This document shows, in pieces, positions 1 to 13,538 of a DNA stretch of 64,000 nt. Origin of the DNA: an uncultured delta proteobacterium (GTDB lineage: Bacteria; Myxococcota; Myxococcia; Myxococcales; Anaeromyxobacteraceae); the NCBI GenBank assembly GCA_963766715.1, contig CAVYBH010000001.1, forward strand, positions 232,245-296,244, given 5' to 3'. The notes under the pieces were generated by a model. The model ran no database searches and was not told where the DNA came from. It saw only the letters and a program-made list of their open reading frames with translations. Positions within the stretch are counted from its first letter, which is position 1. Every line of letters begins with the position of its first letter. The position numbers and the translations under genes were made by a program.

Positions 1-1
1 G

Positions 2-139
2 CTCTACCAGTGGGACGAGCCCTTCGTGGCCGACGACCGGGCCATCCGGACCCGCCTCGGCGCGCTGCCCACCCCGCCGGAGGAGGCGGCGCGGCGGACC
101 GTGGCCTGGGCCGTGGCGAACTACGGCAGGCCGGCCTAG
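2..139 (+). CDS. 3' end of a probable NAD-dependent epimerase/dehydratase family protein (partial)
   Basis: Manual translation LYQWDEPFVADDRAIRTRLGALPTPPEEAARRTVAWAVANYGRPA* resembles extended-SDR C-termini; TAG at 137-139. Confidence 0.55.
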   Translation, partial: LYQWDEPFVADDRAIRTRLGALPTPPEEAARRTVAWAVANYGRPA

Positions 140-142
140 GCG

Positions 143-1348
143 CTACACCCGCTCGACCTGGTACTCGCGCTCGCGCAGCGCGCCGAGGATCTCCTCGACG
201 TGCTCGGGGCCGCGGGCCTCCAGCGTGAGGAGCAGCGTGGTGTCGCCGAACCGCTCGCTGAAGGCGCGCGAGTGGTGCACCTCGATGACGTTGGCGCGCA
301 GGCCGGAGATGATGCCGGAGACGATGGTCAGCTGGCCGGGCTTGTCGAGCAGCCGGATGTTGATGCGGACCAGCCGTCCGTCCTTCACCAGGCCGCGCTC
401 GATGACCCGGGCCACCACGTTCACGTCGATGTTGCCGCCGGAGATGACCGAGCAGACCCGCTTCCCCTCCAGCTTCGGGAGCCGGTGGTGCATGAGGGCG
501 GCCACGCCCACCGCCCCGGCCCCCTCCACCACGGTCTTCTCCTTCTCGAGCAGGTAGAGGATCGACGAGGCGATCTCCTCCTCGGTGACCGTGACGATCT
601 CGTCGACCAGGGCCTGCACGTGCTCGAAGGTGATCTCGCCGGCCCGCTTCACCGCGATGCCGTCCGCCAGCGTCGAGGCCGCCGGGAGCGTCACCAGCTC
701 GCCCGCCTCCACCGCCGCCTGCATGCAGGGCAGCACGTCGGCCTCCACGCCGATCACCTTCACCGACGGGCACAGGGCCTTCACCGCCACCGCGACCCCG
801 GAGACGAGCCCTCCGCCGCCCACCGGCACGAGGATGGCGTCGAGCCCGGGCACCTGCTCGACCACCTCCAGCCCCAGCGTGCCCTGGCCGGCGATGATCG
901 CCTCGTCGTCGAAGGGGTGGACGAAGGTCAGCCCCTCCTCCCGCTCCAGGCGGCGGGCCTCCGAGTAGGCCTCGTCGTAGTTGGAGCCGGAGAGCACCAC
1001 CCGCGCGCCGTGGCCGCGGGTGTTCGCCACCTTCATGATCGGGGTGGTCTCCGGCATGACGATGGTGGCCAGCACCCCGAGGCGCCCGGCGTGGTAGGCC
1101 ACGGCCTGGGCGTGGTTGCCGGCCGAGGCGGCGATGAGGCCGCGGGCCCGCTCCGATTCACTCAGGGTGAGCAGCTTGTTGAGGGCGCCCCGCTCCTTGT
1201 AGGCGCCCGTCATCTGCAGGTTGTCGAGCTTGAGGAACGCCTGCGTGCGCGTGAGGCGCGAGAGCGTCTCGGAGCGCGCGCAGGGGGACAGGTAGAGGGC
1301 GTCGCGGACGCGTTCCCGCGCCGCCTGCACGTCTTTCAGTGTGACCAC
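143..1348 (-). CDS. ilvA: Threonine ammonia-lyase (PLP-dependent) with C-terminal ACT domain
   Basis: LKLDNLQMTGAYKERGA (PLP lysine), ASAGNHAQ, VGGGGL, SGGNID and ACT domain DKPGQL. Confidence 0.93.
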   Translation of the reverse strand: MVTLKDVQAARERVRDALYLSPCARSETLSRLTRTQAFLKLDNLQMTGAYKERGALNKLLTLSESERARGLIAASAGNHAQAVAYHAGRLGVLATIVMPETTPIMKVANTRGHGARVVLSGSNYDEAYSEARRLEREEGLTFVHPFDDEAIIAGQGTLGLEVVEQVPGLDAILVPVGGGGLVSGVAVAVKALCPSVKVIGVEADVLPCMQAAVEAGELVTLPAASTLADGIAVKRAGEITFEHVQALVDEIVTVTEEEIASSILYLLEKEKTVVEGAGAVGVAALMHHRLPKLEGKRVCSVISGGNIDVNVVARVIERGLVKDGRLVRINIRLLDKPGQLTIVSGIISGLRANVIEVHHSRAFSERFGDTTLLLTLEARGPEHVEEILGALREREYQVERV

Positions 1349-1357
1349 GAACGGAGG

Positions 1358-1882
1358 CTACCGGCTGGAGAGCCGGCGCGCCAGTTCGACCCGGTTTCGG
1401 ACCCCGAGCTTGTCGAAGATGGTCTTCAGGTGGCTCTTCACCGTCTGCGGGGCGATGGCCAGGCGCTCGGCGACCTCGCGGCTGCGAAGTCCGTCGGCGA
1501 CCAGCAGCGCCACCTCGCGCTCGCGCTGGGTGAGGCCGTCGGAGGTGGCCTCCTCGACCGCGGCCGGGCTCTCCACCACGCCGGGCAGGACCTCGCGCCA
1601 GAGGTGGAACTGTGTCCGGCCCTTGCCCACCGCGGTGGCCTCGACGCGGAGCCGCTCGCCGGCCTGCTCCATGATGAGCGTGCGACGCACGCCCGGAGGA
1701 CCGACCTGGGCGCCGTCCGCCAGTCCGCGGAGCTCCGCGGGCATGGAGACCGAGTCTGCTGCGCTGGGCCAAAACGCCCTAAGCATCTCTTCACCTGCCC
1801 GGTCGCAGCGCAGCAACCCATCACCCTCGGATGTGGCCGAGGCGCCGCGAGGCAACACCCGTGCATTTGCCCGCATCATCAT
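1358..1882 (-). CDS. LuxR/NarL-type HTH transcriptional regulator
   Basis: C-terminal LTQREREVALLVADGLRSREVAERLAIAPQTVKSHLKTIFDKLGVRNR; start set at ATG 1882 behind a GGAGGGG RBS. Confidence 0.88.
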   Translation of the reverse strand: MMMRANARVLPRGASATSEGDGLLRCDRAGEEMLRAFWPSAADSVSMPAELRGLADGAQVGPPGVRRTLIMEQAGERLRVEATAVGKGRTQFHLWREVLPGVVESPAAVEEATSDGLTQREREVALLVADGLRSREVAERLAIAPQTVKSHLKTIFDKLGVRNRVELARRLSSR

Positions 1883-1961
1883 GGCTTCGTCCCCTCCCCC
1901 TGCTGCAATCTCTCGCAGTAGAGTCAGTCTAGCACCTACACACACTCACGGGGGGGGTCGC

Positions 1962-1993
1962 TACCCTGAACGAGGTACACTCCCTGATGGGTG
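1962..1993. promoter_or_regulatory. Two adjacent NarL/LuxR-like 7-2-7 inverted boxes in a divergent promoter region
   Basis: TACCCTG-AA-CGAGGTA and CACTCCC-TG-ATGGGTG resemble inverted TACYYMT heptamers; AT-richer gap next to the LuxR gene. Confidence 0.35.
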
Positions 1994-3218
1994 CAGGTTC
2001 AACTTATTATCTACCCCCAATGTCCATTTCAGCGCCGCCAGAGCCTTCAACCCCCGGAGATCCGGGGCAGGGGCAAATCGCCCCCGGGCTGGTGCTGCTG
2101 CTCGCTTTCACGGCCGCGGCCACGGTCGCGAACCTCTACTACGCCCAGCCGCTCCTCCCGGAGATGGCCCGCTCCCTCGGGGTGAACGCGCGGACCGTCG
2201 GTTGGGTTCCCGTCCTGACGCAGGTGGGCTACGCAGTTGGGCTATTCCTCTTCATCCCGCTCGGAGATGCGGTCGAGCGGCGCCGGCTCATCCTGACCCT
2301 GGTGCTGGCCTCCGCGGCCGCGCTGGCCGGGGCCGCCGCCGCTCCGGGCATGGCCTGGCTCGCGGTCGCCAGCCTGGCGGTGGGGGGCTTCACGGTGGTG
2401 CCCCACGTGGCGGTGCCGCTCGCCGCCCACCTGGCCGCTCCCAGCCAGCGGGGCCGGGTCATCGGATTCATCATGAGCGGGGTGCTGGCGGGGATCCTGC
2501 TCGCCCGGACCTTCTCCGGCCTGGTGGGGGGCGCGCTGGGCTGGCGGACCGTCTACGCCATCGCCGCGGCCGGGATGGTGGCGCTCGCCATCGCGCTCGC
2601 CCGCCTGCTCCCGCACGCGCCGCCCGAGCGCGCCGTGCGCTACCCGGAGCTGCTCGCGTCGCTCTGGACGCTCGTCCGTCGCGAGAGGGAGCTGCGCCAG
2701 GCCTCGCTCGTCGGCGCCGCCGTCTTCGGGGCCTTCAGCGTCTTCTGGACCACGCTCGCCTTCTTCCTCGAGACGCCGCCCTACCACTGGGGCGCCGAGG
2801 GAGCCGGCCTCTTCGGCCTGGTGGGGCTGGCCGGCGCGCTCACCGCGCCCATGGTGGGCCGGGTGGCCGACCGGCGCGGGGCGCGCTTCGCCACCGGCCT
2901 GGCGCTCGCCGTGGCGCTCTCCTCCTTCGCGCTCTTCGCGCTCGGGGGAAGGAACCTGGCCGGCCTCGTCCTGGGCGTCGTGCTGCTCGACGTGGGGATC
3001 CAGTCGGCCCACGTCTGCAACCTGGCCCGCGTCCACGCCCTCGACCCGGGCGCGCGCAGCCGGCGCAACACCGTCTACATGGTGTCGTACTTCGCCGGAG
3101 GGGCGCTCGGGACCTGGCTCGGCGTGCGGGCCTGGGTGCGGTTCGGCTGGATGGGCGTGTGCGCGGCCGGCGCGGCCTTCCTGCTCGCCGCGCTGCTCGC
3201 CTGGTGGCCGAAGGGGCG

Positions 3219-6819
<3,601 letters not shown>

Positions 6820-6905
6820 GGTGCGGCACCCCCTGGGGGCTGCTTAGATAGCACCCGGGTCTGACCGCTTCCACCCGTGCTCCCCCCTTCCTGGAAGGTG
6901 CCGCG

Positions 6906-7445
6906 ATGCTGAAGAAAATCCTGATCGCCGTGGTCGCCATCGTCGCCGTCTTCGCCGTCTACGTGTCCACCCGGCCGGCCACCTACCGCGTCGAGCGGAC
7001 CCTGGTGGTGAAGGCGCCGGCCGAGGCCCTCTACGGCCAGGTCGTCGACTTCCGGAAGTGGCCCGCCTGGAGCCCCTGGGCGAACCTCGACCCCGCCATG
7101 AAGACCGACTTCACCGGCCCCGACGCCGCGCCGGGCTCCGTCTACCACTGGAAGGGCAACGACAAGGTGGGCGAGGGGCGCATGACCATCACCGGCGTGA
7201 AGCCCGACCAGGTCGTCGACATCAAGCTCGAGTTCATCAAGCCCTGGGAGCAGGTCAGCCAGACCGAGTTCACCTTCGTGCCCGACGGCGCAGGGACCCG
7301 GGTGACCTGGTCGATGTCCGGGGACCAGGACTTCGTGGGCAAGCTCTTCAGCGTCTTCATGAACATGGACAAGATGGTCGGGCCCGACTTCGAGAAGGGG
7401 CTGGCCTCGCTCCAGCGCATCGCCGAGGGGAAGCCGGCGCCCTGA
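6906..7445 (+). CDS. SRPBCC/polyketide cyclase family protein with N-terminal membrane anchor
   Basis: WPAWSPW, GSVYHWKGNDKVGEGRMTI, MDKMVGPDFEKGLASL. Confidence 0.88.
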   Translation: MLKKILIAVVAIVAVFAVYVSTRPATYRVERTLVVKAPAEALYGQVVDFRKWPAWSPWANLDPAMKTDFTGPDAAPGSVYHWKGNDKVGEGRMTITGVKPDQVVDIKLEFIKPWEQVSQTEFTFVPDGAGTRVTWSMSGDQDFVGKLFSVFMNMDKMVGPDFEKGLASLQRIAEGKPAP

Positions 7446-7458
7446 CCGGTCCGTGACC

Positions 7459-7494
7459 CAGGCCGCGGCTCAGGCCGCGACTCAGGCCGCGACG
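7459..7494. repeat. Three tandem copies of a 12-bp unit spanning the GT4 stop codon
   Basis: caggccgcggct caggccgcgact caggccgcgacg. Confidence 0.7.
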
Positions 7495-8591
7495 ACGCCG
7501 TCGCCGTAGGCCGCGAGCGTCTTCCGCGCCATCGACTCCAGCGAGAACCCCGCGCGAACCCGCGCCTGCCCGGCCGCGCCGAGCCGGGCGGCGAGCGCCG
7601 GGTCGGAGAGCAGCGCGACGACGGCCGCGGCGAACGCGCCGGGATCGCCCGACTCGAAGAGCAGCCCCGACTCGCCGTGGACGACCAGCTCCGGGATGCC
7701 GCCCACGCGCGCGGCCACCACCGGGACGCCGGCGGCCATGGCCTCGGCGAGGGCGAGGCCGAGCGCCTCCTGCCGGGAGGGGAGGGTGGCGACGGTGAGG
7801 TCGGGGACGAGCCGGGCGGGGTCGTCGCGGTGGCCGAGGAAGTGGACCGAGCCGGCGATGCCCAGCGAGCGGGCCTGCGCCTCGAGGGCCGCCGTGGTCT
7901 TGCCGGCGTCGGCGTCGCCGCCGAGGAACACGAAGCGCGTCGACGGGTGGCTCGCCAGGATCGCCGGCGCGGCGCGGAGCAGGAGCTCCTGCCCCTTCGC
8001 GCCGCTGAGCCGCCCCGACAGGCCGACGAGCGGCACGCCGGCGTCGACGCCCAGCTCGCTCCGCAGGACGCCGCGCGGCGCCGAGGCGAACCGCTCCACG
8101 TCGATGCCGTTGTGCACCACGGCGACGAGCTCCGGAGGGACCTTGCCGGCGAGCTCGGCGGCGACGGCTCCGGAGACCGCGATGATCCGGTGCAGCCCGC
8201 GCGCCACCCAGCGCTTCCAGGGATTCGACCCGCGAGCCTTGGCGAGGTGGCGGGTGACCACGACCCGGACGCCCGGGAGGCCCGAGGCGGCGAGGCGGCC
8301 CGTCGACCAGTCCTGGACCTGGTGGCCGTGGAGGACGTCGACGTGCTCGGCCAGGCAGAAGGCGCGCAGCTTCCAGGCGGCGCGCGGCTGGATCGTCCCG
8401 CTGGAGAGGACCGGGAGCACGTCGAACCCCTCCGCGGCGGCCGCGCGCGCGAGCGGCGAGTCGGGGCGGCAGGCGATGGTGATGCGGCAGCCGCTCTGGA
8501 CGAGCGCGTGGGACAGGCCGAGGACGTGCACCTCTCCGCCGCCCCAGCCCTTGGCCGAGCTCACCTGGAGGACGTGCAGGGCGCGGGGCAC
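7482..8591 (-). CDS. Glycosyltransferase family 4
   Basis: GWGGGEVHV, VVHNGID, EALGLALAEAMAAGVPVV (EX7E), GGIPELV. Confidence 0.9.
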   Translation of the reverse strand: MPRALHVLQVSSAKGWGGGEVHVLGLSHALVQSGCRITIACRPDSPLARAAAAEGFDVLPVLSSGTIQPRAAWKLRAFCLAEHVDVLHGHQVQDWSTGRLAASGLPGVRVVVTRHLAKARGSNPWKRWVARGLHRIIAVSGAVAAELAGKVPPELVAVVHNGIDVERFASAPRGVLRSELGVDAGVPLVGLSGRLSGAKGQELLLRAAPAILASHPSTRFVFLGGDADAGKTTAALEAQARSLGIAGSVHFLGHRDDPARLVPDLTVATLPSRQEALGLALAEAMAAGVPVVAARVGGIPELVVHGESGLLFESGDPGAFAAAVVALLSDPALAARLGAAGQARVRAGFSLESMARKTLAAYGDGVVAA

Positions 8592-8601
8592 GAGGCGCCG
8601 G

Positions 8602-8985
8602 TCAGTGCTTCAGGGACGCCGGGTGCGCCTCCTCCTCGAAGCCGTGGGCCACGAGGAAGTGGTAGACCGCCGAGGGGTCGCTGGCGCCGCCCACCACCTC
8701 GAAGAGGAAGTGGCGCTCCCCTTCCTCCTCCGCCTCGAGGGTGGACTGCACGTAGATCGCCTCGCGGACGTCGAGGACGATCTCGGCGATGATCTGCTTG
8801 CCCCGGACCAGCTGCACCGACGGGTTGCGGTCCGGGTCCTCCTCCAGGTGCCAGTGGAGGTCGTCCTGATCGTACAGCCAGACGTCGGGGGTGCCCGCCC
8901 GCAGGATGCAGTTGGGGTGGTGCTTCAACCACTTCCAGAAGCGTTCGAACGGGAGCGTGGCGCCCGACTGGACGGTGAGGGACAT
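8602..8985 (-). CDS. Hypothetical protein (127 aa)
   Basis: MSLTVQSGATLPFERFWKWLKHHPNCILRAG...; GC3-biased codons; TATAGT 9 nt upstream of the ATG. Confidence 0.7.
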   Translation of the reverse strand: MSLTVQSGATLPFERFWKWLKHHPNCILRAGTPDVWLYDQDDLHWHLEEDPDRNPSVQLVRGKQIIAEIVLDVREAIYVQSTLEAEEEGERHFLFEVVGGASDPSAVYHFLVAHGFEEEAHPASLKH

Positions 8986-9014
8986 GTGCGCGGGACTATA
9001 ACCCCGCGGTGGCG

Positions 9015-9228
9015 TCAGGCGCTGGCCTGGGGCGGGTAGGCGACGGCGACCTGGCCGTTCGCCTCCCAGACGAACGGGCGCGGAGATCCAGCCGCAGCGG
9101 GCGCAGTAGCCGCGCATCGTGCCGGGCGTCGCCCGCACGCTCATGGGCCCCTCGCACACGGCGCAGCCGCCGGAGACGGTGAATTCCCGGGACTCGGGGG
9201 CGGGGGTGGTGTCGCGGTCGGGATGCAT
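9015..9228 (-). CDS. Small putative zinc-ribbon protein (about 70 aa, one frameshift)
   Basis: CAVC and CARC pairs; removing one base near 9080 gives WISRPFVWEANGQVAVAYPPQASA*. Confidence 0.55.
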
Positions 9229-9295
9229 GTCGTCGAAGGTAACCACGCCCCGGGAGGTGGCAAGCGGTCCGTCGCGCCGGCAGCCGCCGCGGCGC

Positions 9296-10291
9296 TCAGC
9301 CGCGCGCCAGCCGGGGGAGCAGGTACCCGAGAGACCGGTCGTATCGGTAGTTCACGTCCCGGTGCCCGTCGTCGAACTCCTCGTGGACGGCCTCGACGCC
9401 GCCTTCGCGGAGCGACGCGGCGACCATGCGGGCGCCCCAGCGGAGGTTGAACTCGTCCCGCGTGCCGCAGTCGAGGAACACGCTCGAGAGCCGGCGGAAG
9501 GCGTCGAGCGACGCGGGGACGAAGCGGACCGGGTCGTGGGCGAGCCAGCGCTCCCAGACCTCGGGGCGGAGGCGCGCGGTCTCCGGGTCGAAGGGAAGCT
9601 CCAGGCCGGCCGGGGCGCCGGCCTTCGGGGAGTAGGCGGCGGCCATGGCCAGGATGTTGAGCGGTGCGTGGTCGTCGCCGCGCATCTTCGTCTCGAGGGC
9701 CCGGCGCCGGAGGTCCTCGAGCCAGGTACCGGGGTCCGTGCCGAGCAGCGCGCCCGCGGTGCGCGGGAAGTCGGGCAGGTAGCAGTACTCGAACGCGGCG
9801 TCCCCGGCGTGGGAGCCGACGTGGCCGAAGACGTCCGGGTGGTGGCGACCCATCACGAGCGCGCCGTAGCCGCCGGACGACTTGCCCACCACCGCCCGGG
9901 CCGAGGGGTGGGGGAGGGTGCCCAGCTTCGCGTCGACGAAGGACACGACGTCCCGGGCCACGTAGTCGCGGTAGTCGCCGATGGCCGGGCTGTTCACCCA
10001 CTGGCTGCCGCCGAACGCCGTCCAGCCGTCGATGAAGACCCCCACCGTGGGCGGGACCTTGCCGGACGCGACGAGCCGGTCGAGCCGCTCCGGCACGGTG
10101 AGGCCGAAGCCCGGGAAGCCGGTCCAGGAGTGGGCACTGCCCGTGAACCCGTGGAGGAAGTAGACGGCCGGCAGGCCGGGGCGGAAGCCGGGCGGGCGGT
10201 ACAGGTAGACGGGTCGGCGCGACGGGTCGCCGAGCGGGTTGCCGCGCAGCGCGGGTGCGTCGATCTCGTCCAGGTCCAGACGACCTTCCAT
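9296..10291 (-). CDS. Alpha/beta-hydrolase esterase (enterochelin esterase-like)
   Basis: LRGNPLGDP, FLHGFTG, GKSSGGYGA nucleophile elbow, DCGTRDEF, EFDDGH. Confidence 0.88.
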   Translation of the reverse strand: MEGRLDLDEIDAPALRGNPLGDPSRRPVYLYRPPGFRPGLPAVYFLHGFTGSAHSWTGFPGFGLTVPERLDRLVASGKVPPTVGVFIDGWTAFGGSQWVNSPAIGDYRDYVARDVVSFVDAKLGTLPHPSARAVVGKSSGGYGALVMGRHHPDVFGHVGSHAGDAAFEYCYLPDFPRTAGALLGTDPGTWLEDLRRRALETKMRGDDHAPLNILAMAAAYSPKAGAPAGLELPFDPETARLRPEVWERWLAHDPVRFVPASLDAFRRLSSVFLDCGTRDEFNLRWGARMVAASLREGGVEAVHEEFDDGHRDVNYRYDRSLGYLLPRLARG

Positions 10292-10334
10292 GGGTCTCTC
10301 CCTCCGGTGGGTTACCGGATAGGATAGCCCGCTC

Positions 10335-10937
10335 ATGCCCTCCGGACTCGTCGAGAGCTTCGGCCACGCCCTGCGCGGACTCGTCGAGGTCACGGCGCGC
10401 GAGCGGAACATGAAGATCCACGTGCTGGCCGGCACCGGGGTCGGTCTCCTGGCCGCCGAGGTGGCGCTTCCGCTCCCGGCGCGCCTCGCGCTCGTGCTGG
10501 CCGTGATGCTGGTGGTGGCCGCCGAGATGGGCAACAGCGCGCTCGAGGCGCTCGTCGACCTGCACACGAAGGAGTTTCGCGAGGAGGCCCGCCGCGTGAA
10601 GGATGCCGCGGCCGGCGGCGTCCTCGTCCTCGCGATCGGTGCGGTGCTGCTCGCCCTCGCCGTCGCGGTGGGGAACTCGGACGCCGTCCGGGTGGCGTTC
10701 GAGCGGCGCGGCGTGCACCTCGTCCTCGCCGCCGGCGTGCTCCTGCTCGAGGGCTTCCTCCTCTTCGGCCGGGGCCGCTCCGCGCTCCTCGACGGCATCG
10801 CCATCGCGGTCGGGGCCGTGCTCGCGAGCTTCCTCGGATACGGCAGCCAGAGCGGCGCGCTGTCCCTCACCGCCATCTTCCTCTTCGCGCTCGCGGGATC
10901 GTCGGCGCTCTTCGCACGGTCCACGGAGAAGGCATGA
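10335..10937 (+). CDS. Diacylglycerol/undecaprenol kinase (DgkA family) with extra TM helices
   Basis: SFGHALRG, ERNMKIH, EMGNSALEALVD, KDAAAGGVL. Confidence 0.8.
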   Translation: MPSGLVESFGHALRGLVEVTARERNMKIHVLAGTGVGLLAAEVALPLPARLALVLAVMLVVAAEMGNSALEALVDLHTKEFREEARRVKDAAAGGVLVLAIGAVLLALAVAVGNSDAVRVAFERRGVHLVLAAGVLLLEGFLLFGRGRSALLDGIAIAVGAVLASFLGYGSQSGALSLTAIFLFALAGSSALFARSTEKA

Positions 10938-12472
10938 GACTGCCGCGGTTCCTCGCCCTCCTCCTCGCCATCCATTCACCTTGCGTCGCGTTGCTGACGG
11001 TATCGCTGGCCGTCGCCAGGCCCTCCATCGCCGCCGCCGCGGAGGCGCTTCCGAAGTACGGCGTCTCCCCGCTCCTCCCGCCCGAGCACTGGGCGGTCCG
11101 CGCCGCGGCGCGCCTCGACGGCGTGGGGCTCGTCACCGGCTACCTGCCCGCCAACCAGGCCGCGCCCATGTACATGGTCTGGGCGGCGCTCGAGGAGGGG
11201 GCCCGCCGCGCGGAGAAGGAGCGGCCGGCCATGGCCGCGCTCGCCAGGGGCTGGAAGGAGAAGTTCCAGGCCGAGTGGCGCGGCATCGACGAGAAGGGGC
11301 TCCTCCGCTTCCTGGGCGGACAGGCGTCCATCGGCTACGAGTGGGACGGCGTCTCGCCGGAGCCCGCTGCGGTGCCGCCGGCCGCGTGGTCCCTCACCCC
11401 GCCGCACGACCCGACGCCGGTCCTGGCGGTCGAGGCCGCCGGCGCCCTCGACGACTACCTGGCGCTGCTCGTCGCCCCGGTGGGCACGGCCTGGCAGCTG
11501 CGCTGGGCCGGCGAGCTCGTGGCCGGCATCGGCCCGGTGTCGCTGTCGGCCGGCCGCGCGCCCGCGCAGACCGGATTCGCGTCGCCCGGAGGCGGAGTGG
11601 TCTTCGGCGGAGAGTCCCTGCGCGACCGGGTGGCCTTCCAGATCTACCGGCCCGTGGACATCTACATCGGGCTCCTCACGCTCGACGTGTCGCTGGCGCG
11701 GCTGGGGTCGCCGCACCACGCCCCGAACACGCTTCTCTGGGAGTGGTCGCTCCAGTACCAGCCGGTGCCGCGCCTCACCTTCGGCGTGCAGAGCGGGATC
11801 ATGATGGGCGGCTCCACCTGGGAGACGCTGACCGGCGCGCCCTTCACCTTCAGCGACTTCATGCACGTCATCACCTACCGGGGGAACGGATCCGAGAACA
11901 ACCTCTTCTCGATCTCCGGGCGATGGCGGCTGCCCACCGAGGACTGGGTGCCCATCACCATCTACGGCGAGTGGGGCGCCGACGACAACGGCGGGGCCTG
12001 GTACCAGGCCCCGGGCCTGGACGCCGGGATTCTCGTCCCCAGCCTGCCCTTCGCCCCCGAGGTCTCGGTCGGCCTCGAGTGGAGCTTCTTCGGCACGGTC
12101 TGCCAGCCAGGCGCGCCCGACGGCGGGCTCTGCCGCCCGCCCGACTTCCCGCTCAACTGGTACACGCACGCCTACAGCTGGACGCAGTTCGACCAGCCGC
12201 TCGGCCACCGGATGGGCGGCAACGGCCGCGAGCTCTTCCTGTACGCCGCCGCCGACCTGCTCGACGCGCGGCTCCTCGTGCGCGGCGACGTCTTCCTGCG
12301 CGACCGCTTCTCCGCCAACCTCTACGCGCCGTACACCGGCCGGAGCGGCGGCTTCGACCTGCAGGCCACCTGGCGCATCGGGATCGGCGAGCTGGGCGTG
12401 AACGGCGGGCTGGAGGCCGGCAGCGGCTGGACCTCGGGCGGCGCCGGCGCGCGCGCGACCGTGTTCTTCTAG
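10934..12472 (+). CDS. wzi: Capsule assembly Wzi-family outer-membrane protein
   Basis: Signal peptide, helical N-domain, YGEWGADD, LGHRMGGNG, beta-strand pattern ending in F; ATGA overlap with the DgkA gene. Confidence 0.7.
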   Translation: MRLPRFLALLLAIHSPCVALLTVSLAVARPSIAAAAEALPKYGVSPLLPPEHWAVRAAARLDGVGLVTGYLPANQAAPMYMVWAALEEGARRAEKERPAMAALARGWKEKFQAEWRGIDEKGLLRFLGGQASIGYEWDGVSPEPAAVPPAAWSLTPPHDPTPVLAVEAAGALDDYLALLVAPVGTAWQLRWAGELVAGIGPVSLSAGRAPAQTGFASPGGGVVFGGESLRDRVAFQIYRPVDIYIGLLTLDVSLARLGSPHHAPNTLLWEWSLQYQPVPRLTFGVQSGIMMGGSTWETLTGAPFTFSDFMHVITYRGNGSENNLFSISGRWRLPTEDWVPITIYGEWGADDNGGAWYQAPGLDAGILVPSLPFAPEVSVGLEWSFFGTVCQPGAPDGGLCRPPDFPLNWYTHAYSWTQFDQPLGHRMGGNGRELFLYAAADLLDARLLVRGDVFLRDRFSANLYAPYTGRSGGFDLQATWRIGIGELGVNGGLEAGSGWTSGGAGARATVFF

Positions 12473-12482
12473 GCTCCGCGTC

Positions 12483-13538
12483 CTAGAAGGTCGCGTTCTG
12501 GCCTGGCGGCTCGTGGACGTTCGCGTCACGGCCCGTGGCGCCATGTGGGCCGCGCCCCGGACGCGTGTGCCGTCGGTGAACCGGTCCATCCAGTCGTCGC
12601 CGAAGGCCTGCCGGGCCGCGAGCTGGTTGTGGAACCGGCAGACGAGCCGGCAGTTCTCGACCGTCGAAGGACCGCCGCGGGCCCGCGGGATCACGTGGTC
12701 GATCTCCAGGCAGAGCTTCGAGTCGCAGGTGCCGCCGCCCTCGACCGGCCACTGGCACCGGCCCTTGTCCCTCGCCCAGACGGCGCGCTTCACCGCGGGT
12801 GGCACCTGGCGCCGCCGCTTCTCCTGCTGCGCCAGGAGGAGGTCCAGCGCGGCATCCAGGACATGCTCCGCGGTCGCCCCGGGCTGGACGTGTGCCTGGC
12901 CTGCGCGCGCCCGCTCGAGCTTCTCGAGCAACTGCTTCGAGACGGTGACGTGGAGGCGGCGGAGGTCGGGGTGAGGCCACGGCCACGGAGCGGGACTACG
13001 GAAGGGGCACCGGACCGGAGGCTAAGCGGCGGCGGGAGCGCGGACCCTTTCGCGGTCGGGTCGGGTCCAGTTCAACCGGTTGAACTGGGAGTCGGGGGCG
13101 GCTGGCGGCGTCCGCGACGCGTCCGTCACGACCACCCGCCGCGGCACGAGCTCGGCCGGCCGGATCTCGACGGCCGTCGCCTGCGCCTCCCGCCTCGACA
13201 GGTGGAAGAAGCGCGGGAGCACGTCGGCCCGGTTCTCCGGGGTGATGACGCGGGCCAGCTCGATCACGCTGGTGATGCACAGCCTGCCGTCGCGGAGGGG
13301 CTCGACCACCTCCGGGTAGGCCTGCAGCAGCGTTGCTGCGACCTTGCGGTAGTGGGCGGACCCTCGGGAGAGCTGCAGCTCCCGGTGCAGGTAGTCGAAC
13401 AGGCTCGCGTGGCCCAGCTCGACCCAGAGCCGTTGCCGGTCGAAGTCTGGCGAGCGCGACGAGGAAGTCGGCCATGGCGTCGTGCTCGCGGCGGAGGAGC
13501 TCGGTGAGGCGGAGGGAGGACTCGTGTGCGTGGTTCAT
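12483..13538 (-). CDS. HNH endonuclease with DUF222-like N-terminal helical domain (several frameshifts)
   Basis: Pieces LRREHDAMADFLVAL / ELGHASLFDYLHRELQLS / LRDGRLCITSV / VKRAVWARDKGRCQW...LEIDHVIPRARGGPSTVENCRLVCRFHN. Confidence 0.85.
13067..13088. repeat. Perfect 22-bp palindrome inside the HNH gene
   Basis: CCAGTTCAACCGGTTGAACTGG equals its own reverse complement. Confidence 0.95.
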
